Positions 1-8,174 of a stretch of 64,000 nucleotides of DNA are shown here, one piece after another. Under the pieces are notes generated by a model, which made no database searches, was not told the DNA's origin, and saw only the letters and a program-made list of their open reading frames with translations. Source of the DNA: a bacterium (GTDB lineage: Bacteria > Krumholzibacteriota > Krumholzibacteriia > LZORAL124-64-63); the NCBI GenBank assembly GCA_031441465.1, contig JANOEP010000072.1, positions 30,385-94,384 on the forward strand, given 5' to 3'. A program made the translations under genes and the position numbers. The stretch's first letter is position 1, and each line of letters opens with the position of its first letter.

Positions 1-3
1 CGT

Positions 4-30
4 TAAAGTGCCTCCCCCGCTCGACGATAA
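4..30 (+). promoter_or_regulatory. sigma28 (FliA)-type promoter upstream of motA
   Basis: TAAA(4-7)-N15-GACGATAA(23-30); one mismatch to the TAAA-N15-GCCGATAA consensus, about 75 nt upstream of the motA ATG. Confidence 0.75.
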
Positions 31-104
31 CACCCACGACCGCCGCATCCGGCGGAAGCGTCGGGCGTGGCCCGGCCGGAGTCCATCTCCCAGAGGAATG
101 GCGC

Positions 105-962
105 ATGCTTACCCTGATCGGCGTCCTCTTCGGCCTCGCCAGCGTTGTCGGCGGCTTCATCATGGAAGGCGGCAACCCCGCCGCCCTGTTCATCCTCGCC
201 GAGTACGTCATCATCCTGGGCTGTTCGCTGGGGACGCTCGTCGCGATGTCGACCCCGCGCGTCACGAAGCGCCTCGGCGCCGCGTTCGGCACCATGATGA
301 AGGGCGACCGCAGCAGCAAGAAGAAGTACCTCGAGCTGCTCACGATGCTCTACGACCTGTTCCAGATCACGCGCAAGGACGGCCTGCTGGGCCTCGAGTC
401 CCACGTCGAGGACCCGCCCAAGAGCGAGATCTTCTCGAAATACCCGGCGTTCCTGGCCGACCACCACGCGATGGCCTTCCTCTGCGACACGATCCGGCTG
501 ATCATCTCCTCGAACCTGCCCGCCCATGACCTCGAGGCGCTCATGGACGCGGACATCGAGACGCGCCACGCCGAGGAGCACCAGCCGATCAGCGTCCTGA
601 CGAAGGTCGCCGATGCGCTGCCGGGCCTGGGCATCGTGGCGGCCGTGCTCGGCATCGTGATCACGATGGCGCACATCGACGGTCCGCCGGCGGAGATCGG
701 CCACAAGGTGGCCGCGGCGCTCACCGGCACCTTCCTGGGCATCCTGCTCTCCTACGGCGTGTTCGGGCCGATCGCCACGAACATGGAGCTGCTGGCCCAG
801 AACGAGTCGCGCTACTACTCCGTGATGAAGACGGCGCTGGTCGCTTTCTGGAAGATGCTGCCTGCGTCGGTCGCGGTGGAGTTCGCGCGGCGCACCATCG
901 AAACCGACGTCCGTCCCTCGTTCAGCGAACTCGAAGAGGCATGCCGCGCGTCTCGCGGCTAG
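105..962 (+). CDS. motA: flagellar motor stator protein MotA
   Basis: N-terminal TM hairpin, RKDGLLGLE rotor-contact R/E, ALPGLGIVAAVLG, AALTGTFLGILLSYG, VEFARR; adjacent to motB. Confidence 0.95.
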   Translation: MLTLIGVLFGLASVVGGFIMEGGNPAALFILAEYVIILGCSLGTLVAMSTPRVTKRLGAAFGTMMKGDRSSKKKYLELLTMLYDLFQITRKDGLLGLESHVEDPPKSEIFSKYPAFLADHHAMAFLCDTIRLIISSNLPAHDLEALMDADIETRHAEEHQPISVLTKVADALPGLGIVAAVLGIVITMAHIDGPPAEIGHKVAAALTGTFLGILLSYGVFGPIATNMELLAQNESRYYSVMKTALVAFWKMLPASVAVEFARRTIETDVRPSFSELEEACRASRG

Positions 963-977
963 GAAGGGATTCCGGGC

Positions 978-1874
978 ATGGCGGAGCAGAAGGGCAAGAG
1001 CGGCGACCAGCCGCTGCAGCCCATCATCGTCATCAAAAAGGTTGTCGGGCACGGCCACCACGGCGGCGCCTGGAAGGTGGCGTACGCCGACTTCGTGACC
1101 TCGATGATGTCGCTGTTCATCGTGCTCTGGATCGTCAATCAGGACCAGGCGGTGAAGGAAGCGGTGGCCGGCTACTTCCGCGATCCCGGCGCGTTCCGAG
1201 CCTCGGGCGCCGGTGGCCCGCTGGGCGGCCAGTCGATCCTGCCCGAATCGGGCAAGGGGATCATGGAAGGGATGCAGGCAGAGGCGAAGCGCCTGCTGGA
1301 GGAAGCGGCCACCGAGCTGCGCGAGCAGCTGTCCGGCATGGAGCACTTCGAGCAGATCATGAAGCAGGTCGAGATCAAGATGACCGACTCGGGGCTCAAC
1401 ATCCAGATGGTCGAGATGTCGAACTCGCTGTTCTTCGACGTGGGCAGCGCGAACCTCAGCGCGGCCGCCGAGGAAGTGCTCCAGGTCCTGGCGCGGCAGC
1501 TCAGCAAGCTGCCCAACAAGCTCGTGATCGAGGGGCACACGGACAGCCGGCCCTATCCCGCCGGCGGCGGCTACAGCAACTGGGAACTGTCGACCGAGCG
1601 CGCCAACTGTGCCCGCCGCTACATGATCAGCCACGGCCTGCCCGGCGAGCAGGTGGCCGAGGTCAGCGGCTACGCCGACACGCGCCTGCGCCACCCCGAG
1701 GATCCGGCCGACGTCGGCAACCGCCGCATCAGCATCACGGTCCTCTACCAGGACGGTCAGATGCCCTGGTCGTCGGGCGACGCGGGAGCGGCGCCCGGTG
1801 ACGGGGAGCGCCTGCCCCAGAGCCAGAACACCGGCACCCCCAGCCCCACGATCAGCAACCCCGGCCACGAGTAG
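978..1874 (+). CDS. motB: flagellar motor stator protein MotB
   Basis: HHGGAWKVAYADFVTSMM plug/TM motif with the essential Asp; OmpA-like peptidoglycan-binding domain (EGHTD, NWELSTERAN, NRRI). Confidence 0.95.
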   Translation: MAEQKGKSGDQPLQPIIVIKKVVGHGHHGGAWKVAYADFVTSMMSLFIVLWIVNQDQAVKEAVAGYFRDPGAFRASGAGGPLGGQSILPESGKGIMEGMQAEAKRLLEEAATELREQLSGMEHFEQIMKQVEIKMTDSGLNIQMVEMSNSLFFDVGSANLSAAAEEVLQVLARQLSKLPNKLVIEGHTDSRPYPAGGGYSNWELSTERANCARRYMISHGLPGEQVAEVSGYADTRLRHPEDPADVGNRRISITVLYQDGQMPWSSGDAGAAPGDGERLPQSQNTGTPSPTISNPGHE

Positions 1875-3262
1875 CGGGGCTTGACGATCAGCAGGTCCAC
1901 GCAGATCGCCACCGCGGCCAGCACGTACAGGGCCGGCAGCACCGGGTAGCCCGGCGCGCGCCAGCTCCGTACGGCCGTCGGCCGACGCCGCCGCAGCACG
2001 AAGATCCCCACCACCGACAGCGCGTAGAAGATCAGCACCGCGAAGATGACGTAGTCGAGCAGGTCGCCGTAGCGCCCGGTCAGGCAGAGCAGGCAGGCCC
2101 AGACGCCCTGCATGACCAGCGCGGCGGCGGGCACGCGACGGCGGTTGAGCTTGCCGGTGCTGCGGAAGAAGAGACCGTCGTGCGCCATCGCGTAGTAGAC
2201 GCGGGCGCCGGTCAGGATCATGCCGTTGTTGCAGCCGAAGGTGCTGATCATCACCAGCACCGCCATGATCGCGGCGGCGACCGGACCCAGGATCGTCGAG
2301 GCGGCCGCGGTGCCGACGCGGTCGGCGGTCGCGAACTGCAGCCCGCGCCCGGCCGCGTCCAGGGCGGCGGGGTCGCCGGCCACCGGCAGGGCCAGGATGT
2401 AGACCAGGTTCGTCAGCATGTAGACGACGACCACGATGGCGACGCCCACCACCAGGGCGCGCGTGATCGTCCGCTGCGGGTTCACGGTCTCGCCGCTGGT
2501 GAAGGTGACGTTGTTCCAGGCGTCGCAGGCGAAGAGCGAACCGACCGACGCCGCGCCCAGGGCCATGAGCAGGCCGATCCCGGTCAGGGCCTCGCGCGTG
2601 ACCGTCCCGTCGGCGCCCACGATCGTCCGGCTCGCCGACCACATGTCGTGGAAGTTCGCCGCGATCGCCCCGGCGTGGCGCCCCAGCGCCAGGCCGCAGA
2701 CGACCAGCACGAGCAGGGCCGCCACCTTGGCGACGGTGAAGCTGTCCTGGACGAGCTTGCCCTCGCGCAGGCCGAGCGTGTTGAGCCAGGTCAGCAGGGC
2801 GATGCTGGCGATGGCGACCAGCTGCGCCGCGTTGACGTCCAGGCCGCCGACCGACAGCAGCACGTGCTGCTCGCCCAATGACGGCGCCAGCAGCGCGAGG
2901 TGTTTGGCGAAGGCCATGCCCACTGCCGCGATCGAGCCGGTCTGGATCACCATGAACAGCGTCCAGCCGTAGAGGAAGCCGGTCAGCCTGCCGAACGATT
3001 CGCGCAGGTAGACGTACTGGCCGCCGGCCTGCGGCATCAGCGCCGCCAGCTCGCCGTAGCACGCCGCGCCCAGCAGCGTCACCAGGCCGCTGAACAGCCA
3101 GACCGCCATCAGCCAGCCCGTCGAGCCCACGCTGCGGGCGATGTCGGCGCTGACGATGAAGATGCCCGAGCCGATCATCACGCCCACCACGATCATCACC
3201 GCGTCGAAGAGGCGGATGTCCCGCTTGAACCCGGGCGCGCCCGGCGTCTTCTGATCGTGCAT
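1757..3262 (-). CDS. APC-family amino acid permease
   Basis: GVMIGSGIF, ELAALMPQAGGQYVYL, about 12 TM segments; start moved to ATG 3262, which has a GGAGG RBS; 3' end overlaps motB by 118 nt. Confidence 0.9.
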   Translation of the reverse strand: MHDQKTPGAPGFKRDIRLFDAVMIVVGVMIGSGIFIVSADIARSVGSTGWLMAVWLFSGLVTLLGAACYGELAALMPQAGGQYVYLRESFGRLTGFLYGWTLFMVIQTGSIAAVGMAFAKHLALLAPSLGEQHVLLSVGGLDVNAAQLVAIASIALLTWLNTLGLREGKLVQDSFTVAKVAALLVLVVCGLALGRHAGAIAANFHDMWSASRTIVGADGTVTREALTGIGLLMALGAASVGSLFACDAWNNVTFTSGETVNPQRTITRALVVGVAIVVVVYMLTNLVYILALPVAGDPAALDAAGRGLQFATADRVGTAAASTILGPVAAAIMAVLVMISTFGCNNGMILTGARVYYAMAHDGLFFRSTGKLNRRRVPAAALVMQGVWACLLCLTGRYGDLLDYVIFAVLIFYALSVVGIFVLRRRRPTAVRSWRAPGYPVLPALYVLAAVAICVDLLIVKPRYSWPGLLIVGLGVPVFWLWGRRSPSPGAAPASPDDQGI

Positions 3263-3437
3263 GTAGTACCTCCGGATCGCCGGCGGGCGGAGCGGCCCGC
3301 GTGGGCGTGGCCCCATTGGAAGCGGGGCGCGCCGGTTTGGCAAGAGGGGAGTGGCCGCGCGTGGCGCAGATCCCGATTGCCATCCCGGCGCCGCGCCGCC
3401 AAGATCGGCGGGAATCGTCCACCGGCCGGGAGGCGTC

Positions 3438-4730
3438 GTGAAGAGCCCGCAGCGTTCGCCCTGGATCTTCGTGCCCTCGCTGTATTTCGCCGAGGGCGTC
3501 CCCTACGTCCTGGTCAACACGGTCTCGGTGATCCTCTACAAGAACCTGGGCGTGGACAACGCCCGCATCGCGCTGTGGACCAGCCTGCTCTACCTGCCCT
3601 GGGTCCTGAAGATGCTCTGGGGTCCGCTGGTGGACACGCGCTCGACCAAGCGCGCCTGGATCCTCGGCACGCAGGTCGCCCAGGCGGCGTGCCTCGCGGC
3701 CGTGGCGGCGACGATCGTCGCGCCGGGCTTCTTCTTCTGGTCGTTGGCCGCCTTCACGCTGGCGGCGCTGGTTTCGGCCACCCACGACATCGCCGCCGAC
3801 GGGTTCTACCTCCACGCCCTGGACGAGCGCGCGCAGGCGTATTTCGTCGGCGTGCGCACGTTGTTCTACCGCGCGGCGATGATCTTCGGTTCGGGGCTGC
3901 TGGTGACCGTGGCCGGTCGCCTCGAGGGCGGGCCGCGCGGGGTGGCGGCCGCCTGGTCGATGGTCTTCGCGTGCGCGGCGGTCCTGTACGGGGGGATGTG
4001 GCTCTATCACCGGGCCGCCCTGCCGCGCCCGGCCACCGATGTTCTCGTCGCCGCGGGTAATCAAGGCGCCAGCAGACCGGCCGAGTCCGGCTGGTTGCGG
4101 ATCGTGGCGGCGTGGCTGCGGCAGCCCCGCGCCGGTGTGATCGTCGCCTTCATCCTGCTGTACCGCCTGGGCGAGGCCCTGCTGCTGAAGCTGGCCGCGC
4201 CCTTCCTGCTGGACGGGCGGGACGCGGGCGGCCTGGGCCTGACCACGCAGCAGGTCGGCCTCGCCTACGGCACCATCGGTCTGGGCTGCCTGATCGTGGG
4301 CGGCGTGACGGGCGGCTGGCTCATCGCGCGCTTCGGTCTGCGGCGCCTGCTGTGGCCGCTGGCCCTGGCGCTCAACGTGCCCCACGTCGCGTACCTCTAC
4401 CTGGCCTACGCGCAGCCCGGCCCGGTGGTGGCCTACCCCCTGGTCGCGCTGGAGCAGCTGGGCTACGGGCTGGGCACCACCGCGTTCATGGTCGTGCTGA
4501 TGCGCGTCTCGCGCGGGGAACACCGGACTTCCCACTTCGCGATCGCCACCGGTCTGATGGCGCTGGGCATGATGCTGCCGGGCATGGTCAGCGGGGCGAT
4601 CCAGGCGGCGGTGGGCTACCGCGCCTTCTTCCTGCTGGTGCTGCTGTGCGGAGTGCCCGGCCTGGCGCTGCTGCCGTGGCTGCCGAGGTTCGCGGAGGAG
4701 GCCGAAGGCCGGGCGTCAGGATCCGCCTGA
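3438..4730 (+). CDS. AmpG-like MFS transporter (muropeptide/signal transducer family)
   Basis: SLYFAEGVPY, LPWVLKMLWGPLVD, ATHDIAADGFY, FILLYRLGE; GTG start after GGGAGG. Confidence 0.85.
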   Translation: MKSPQRSPWIFVPSLYFAEGVPYVLVNTVSVILYKNLGVDNARIALWTSLLYLPWVLKMLWGPLVDTRSTKRAWILGTQVAQAACLAAVAATIVAPGFFFWSLAAFTLAALVSATHDIAADGFYLHALDERAQAYFVGVRTLFYRAAMIFGSGLLVTVAGRLEGGPRGVAAAWSMVFACAAVLYGGMWLYHRAALPRPATDVLVAAGNQGASRPAESGWLRIVAAWLRQPRAGVIVAFILLYRLGEALLLKLAAPFLLDGRDAGGLGLTTQQVGLAYGTIGLGCLIVGGVTGGWLIARFGLRRLLWPLALALNVPHVAYLYLAYAQPGPVVAYPLVALEQLGYGLGTTAFMVVLMRVSRGEHRTSHFAIATGLMALGMMLPGMVSGAIQAAVGYRAFFLLVLLCGVPGLALLPWLPRFAEEAEGRASGSA

Positions 4731-5972
4731 GGTTCCCAGCGCCGCGGCGACCTCGCGCGCGACCACCGCGTTGCCGGGCACGCTCCAGTGGCCGTTGTTG
4801 GGGATGTACTGGCGCAGGCCGGTCTGCTGCTGAGCCAGGCGCAGGGCGTCGAGCGGATCGACGCAGGCGATGCCGCGGGCGGCGGCGAAAGCGCGCAGCC
4901 GGTGCGTCGGCGCCGAGAAGTCGTAGGCCGCGGCCGGCAGCGGCGCCCGGCGCAGGGTCAGCTCCCGCACGACCGGGTCGACCTGGATCTCCGAGGGGGC
5001 GATCAGCAGCACGCAGCGAGCACCGGCCTGCCGGCAGGCGGCGTCGAACTCCAGCACCTGCCGCTCGGCCTGCTCCCACCAGCGGGCGACCTCGGGCGGC
5101 GTCTGCGACTGGTAGAGGGGCAGGTTGTCCACGCGTCGGCGCAGGAACTCCGCCTTCAGGGGGATGCGCAGCGCGGGATCGGCCGGGTCGCCCCACATCC
5201 CCTTGAAGACCGGCGCGCCGGGATGGGCCGCGCCTTCGGGCGCCTCCGTGGCGGCCGTCGCTTCCGGCGAGGCTTGCGCTGGGGGAGCGGCCGCCGCGCC
5301 GCCGAAGCGGACCGCGGCCCGCCAGCGGCGCAGCGAGTTGACCGCGCGGACCCCGTAGAGCTGCTCGGCCAGCACGAACAGGTGGCTCTTGCGCAGCAGG
5401 TTCAGCAGCGGCTCCCGCGAACCCGTGAAGTGCAGGTTGCCCTGGAAGACGGCGCCGGGGATGGGGATGCCCGTCACGTCGCTGTCGATGGAGAAGCAGA
5501 GCAGGGCCACGTCCGGGCGCCAGGACTCGCCCTTGCCCCGCATCAGGCCCACGGCGTTGCGCACGTCCCAGCCGGGCAGGCCGGCGATCATGGCCTCGGC
5601 AGCCGCGGTCCCGGCCGGGGGGGCCGCCCGCAGCGAATCGTCCAGCACCCGCAGGAAGTTGTGGGCGATCGGCACGTCCCCGTAGACGAACGAATCCCCG
5701 ATGCCGACCAGCCGCCACACGCCGGCCGGCTTCGGGACGGCGCGGTCGCGATCGCGGAAGCCCAGGGGGTTGACGTGGCGGTCGTCGTCCGGCGGGTAGA
5801 GGCCGGGATCGCCGGGATTCAGGACATAGCCGCAGTCGGGGTCGTTGCGGTAGGGCGTGCCGTCGGGGGGCGGGATCGTGCCCTGCAGGTAGCGCACCGC
5901 CAGCTCGCAGACCACCAGGGTGGCGAGCAGGCCCGCGAGGGAGATCATCAGGATGCGCAGGCGTCTTCTCAC
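4716..5972 (-). CDS. membrane-anchored SGNH/GDSL hydrolase-fold protein (AlgX/AlgJ-like)
   Basis: N-terminal TM, NPLGFRD, IGDSFVYG block I, C-terminal NNGHWSVPGN; Ala/Pro-rich insert. Confidence 0.75.
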   Translation of the reverse strand: MRRRLRILMISLAGLLATLVVCELAVRYLQGTIPPPDGTPYRNDPDCGYVLNPGDPGLYPPDDDRHVNPLGFRDRDRAVPKPAGVWRLVGIGDSFVYGDVPIAHNFLRVLDDSLRAAPPAGTAAAEAMIAGLPGWDVRNAVGLMRGKGESWRPDVALLCFSIDSDVTGIPIPGAVFQGNLHFTGSREPLLNLLRKSHLFVLAEQLYGVRAVNSLRRWRAAVRFGGAAAAPPAQASPEATAATEAPEGAAHPGAPVFKGMWGDPADPALRIPLKAEFLRRRVDNLPLYQSQTPPEVARWWEQAERQVLEFDAACRQAGARCVLLIAPSEIQVDPVVRELTLRRAPLPAAAYDFSAPTHRLRAFAAARGIACVDPLDALRLAQQQTGLRQYIPNNGHWSVPGNAVVAREVAAALGTSGGS

Positions 5973-6010
5973 GTCGATCCTTCGTCGGGCGGCGAATTGG
6001 AGCCGCCGCC

Positions 6011-6040
6011 AGTATAGACGCGGCCGGGTCGCGGCGTCAA
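6011..6040 (-). promoter_or_regulatory. sigma70-type promoter for the SGNH gene
   Basis: minus strand TTGACG-N18-TATACT. Confidence 0.55.
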
Positions 6041-6062
6041 AGTGCGAAAAACCCGCAAATCA

Positions 6063-6092
6063 TTGACAGGAATGGTCTCCGGGGGCTAGTTT
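6063..6092 (+). promoter_or_regulatory. sigma70-type promoter for the outer-membrane module operon
   Basis: TTGACA-N18-TAGTTT, divergent from the promoter at 6011-6040. Confidence 0.5.
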
Positions 6093-6122
6093 CGTCCGTC
6101 ACGGACCCATCGCGCACCGGCC

Positions 6123-8174
6123 GTGCCCCTCGGTCGCCGCCCAGAGGACCGCATCCCGTCATCGGGACCAGATCCCCATCTCGGGACCGCATCCCCATTT
6201 CCCGGAGGCCGCCCCTTGCCCCGCCCCGGCAGCACCGCCCGCCTCGCCCTCGTCGCCGCTCTGTGCGGCGTCCTGTGCTTCTGCTGCGCCGGGCCGGCCG
6301 GCGCCATCCCGCGCACCGAGCTGGTGGCCAACGCGGGCATCATCGGGTTGACGATCACGAATCTCGGCTACGTCGGCAACGGGCTCTCCATTCCCTACCA
6401 GCCCTCGTGCGAGTACCCGCTCAACAGCCACGTCGAGCACCTGTTCATCGGCGGCCTCTGGGTCGGCGCCATGACGCCGGAGGGGCTGCGCCGCGTGTCG
6501 ACCGGCGCCCAGGACGCTTCGAGCCTGACAAACGGCGAGGACAACCGCGAGTTCACCGACTCCATCACGCAGGACGTGCAGGTCTGGTCCAACACGCAGA
6601 ACAGCGACGACTACAACCCCGCCGCCCTGGCCACGCAGCACATCGAGTGCTACTTCCACGACGACAAGTACGACGAGACCGGCAACCACACGCCGCTGTT
6701 CGTCAAGGTCATCCTGCGCGCGCTGTCCTGGAGCAGTTCGTACGCGGACGACTTCATCGTCCTGGACTACCGCATCATCAACGATTCGGGCAGCGAGCTG
6801 CGCGACGTGTACGTCGGCTACTGGAACGACACCACCGTCGGCAACACGACGGTCACCGTGCCTTCCGGCTACGGCGGCGGCGCTGCGCGCCCCTGGCAGT
6901 TCTACGACGACATGAACGGCGGCTGGCGTCCGGGCGACGTCGCCGACGATCCCGGCCTCTGGATGATGTACGAGCACGACGATGACGGCGAAGAGGGGAT
7001 GGCCACGTCCTGGATCGGGGCGCGCCTGCTGGGCGCCGTGCCGGCCCCCACGCCGGCCTCGGGCATGCCGCCGGTGATCTACAACAGTTGGCGCTTCGGG
7101 TCAGTGCCCGACGAGGACGATACCTACATCGTCGACGGCGAGACGGAGGCGCGGCCCGGCAAGTACCAGATGCTCTCCAACGGCGATTTCGACGCCGGCG
7201 GCGACTTCTCCTACCCCGGCAACTGGAACGGCCTGCTCGCGACCGGCCCGTTCCCCAACCTCGCCCCCGGCGACACCCTGCAGGTGACCTACGCCGTGGT
7301 CTGCGGCGCCGACTCCCTGAACCTGCTGGCCAACGCCAAGGTGGCCCAGGTGGCCTACGACTCGGGCTTCGCGATCCCGACCGGCCCGCCCTCGCCGCGG
7401 CTGGGGCTGGAGTACGAGGACAACACGATCGTGCTGGCCTGGGCCCCCGGCGACTCCGTCGCCCTGGACGACCAGGGCGAGCCCGTGCCCCTGCTGTCCG
7501 ACGACCCGCGTCGCTCCCCCGAGCACCACATCAGCATCATCACCCACCGGCCCGACTTCCAGGGCTACCGGATCTTCCGCTTCCAGGGCGAGTCCTTCGG
7601 TGGCGACCCCTACGAGCAGTCGACCATGGTGGCCCAGTTCGACAAGATCGACGGCATCGGCTTCGACACCGGGCTGCCGCCGGTCGGCGCCGACGGCAAG
7701 CGGCGCTTCCGCGACACCTCGCTGCTCGACGGCTTCGGCTACTGGTACTCCGTGGTCTCCTTCTCCGCCCCGGACGTGGTCTCCAGCCTGCCGGAGTTCC
7801 AGAGCGGTTACTACGAGAACGCGACGCTGGTCTACCCCGGTCCGGCCCCCCAGCCGCTGGGCGAAGGCCGGGGCGTGGGCGTCTTCCCGAACCCGTACCG
7901 GGTCGCCTCGCGCTTCGACGACCAGCAGGGCGAGCAGGAGCTGGGCCGCAAGCTCTGGTTCACCGGTCTGCCGGCCCGCTGCGTCATCAAGGTCTTCAAC
8001 CTCAACGGCGACCTGGTCAAGACCTTGAACCACGACGACCCGGCCTCGGGCCTCGAGTCCTGGAACATCCTGAGCGAGCCGGTGCGCGCCATCGCGTCGG
8101 GCCTCTACATCTTCGCCGTGGAGGATCTCGCCACCGGCAAGGTGGAACGCGGGAAGCTGGTGATCGTGAAATGA
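6123..8174 (+). CDS. secreted protein with a T9SS type-A/FlgD-Ig-like C-terminal domain (uncharacterised FCB family)
   Basis: signal peptide ending AGA|IPR; GLTITNLGYVG...PSCEYP...EHLFIGGLWVGA N-domain; FN3-like DFQGYRIFR; CTD VFPNPY...IKVFNLNGDLVK...ASGLYIF...GKLVIVK. True start may be downstream (TTG about 6216). Confidence 0.8.
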   Translation: MPLGRRPEDRIPSSGPDPHLGTASPFPGGRPLPRPGSTARLALVAALCGVLCFCCAGPAGAIPRTELVANAGIIGLTITNLGYVGNGLSIPYQPSCEYPLNSHVEHLFIGGLWVGAMTPEGLRRVSTGAQDASSLTNGEDNREFTDSITQDVQVWSNTQNSDDYNPAALATQHIECYFHDDKYDETGNHTPLFVKVILRALSWSSSYADDFIVLDYRIINDSGSELRDVYVGYWNDTTVGNTTVTVPSGYGGGAARPWQFYDDMNGGWRPGDVADDPGLWMMYEHDDDGEEGMATSWIGARLLGAVPAPTPASGMPPVIYNSWRFGSVPDEDDTYIVDGETEARPGKYQMLSNGDFDAGGDFSYPGNWNGLLATGPFPNLAPGDTLQVTYAVVCGADSLNLLANAKVAQVAYDSGFAIPTGPPSPRLGLEYEDNTIVLAWAPGDSVALDDQGEPVPLLSDDPRRSPEHHISIITHRPDFQGYRIFRFQGESFGGDPYEQSTMVAQFDKIDGIGFDTGLPPVGADGKRRFRDTSLLDGFGYWYSVVSFSAPDVVSSLPEFQSGYYENATLVYPGPAPQPLGEGRGVGVFPNPYRVASRFDDQQGEQELGRKLWFTGLPARCVIKVFNLNGDLVKTLNHDDPASGLESWNILSEPVRAIASGLYIFAVEDLATGKVERGKLVIVK

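Noticed and set aside
105..1874. MotAB as Zorya (ZorAB) anti-phage or ExbBD/TolQR
   Set aside because: MotA is normal length with no long ZorA tail, MotB has the flagellar WKVAYADF motif, there is a sigma28 promoter, and no zorC/D/E genes are present.
3..4535. 1510-aa minus-strand ORF and other very long alternative-frame ORFs (e.g. 24625-28608, 24290-27352, 18882-21749, 9604-12360)
   Set aside because: Arg/Gly/Ala/Pro-rich shadow frames of high-GC3 genes; they overlap well-supported CDSs and have no motifs.
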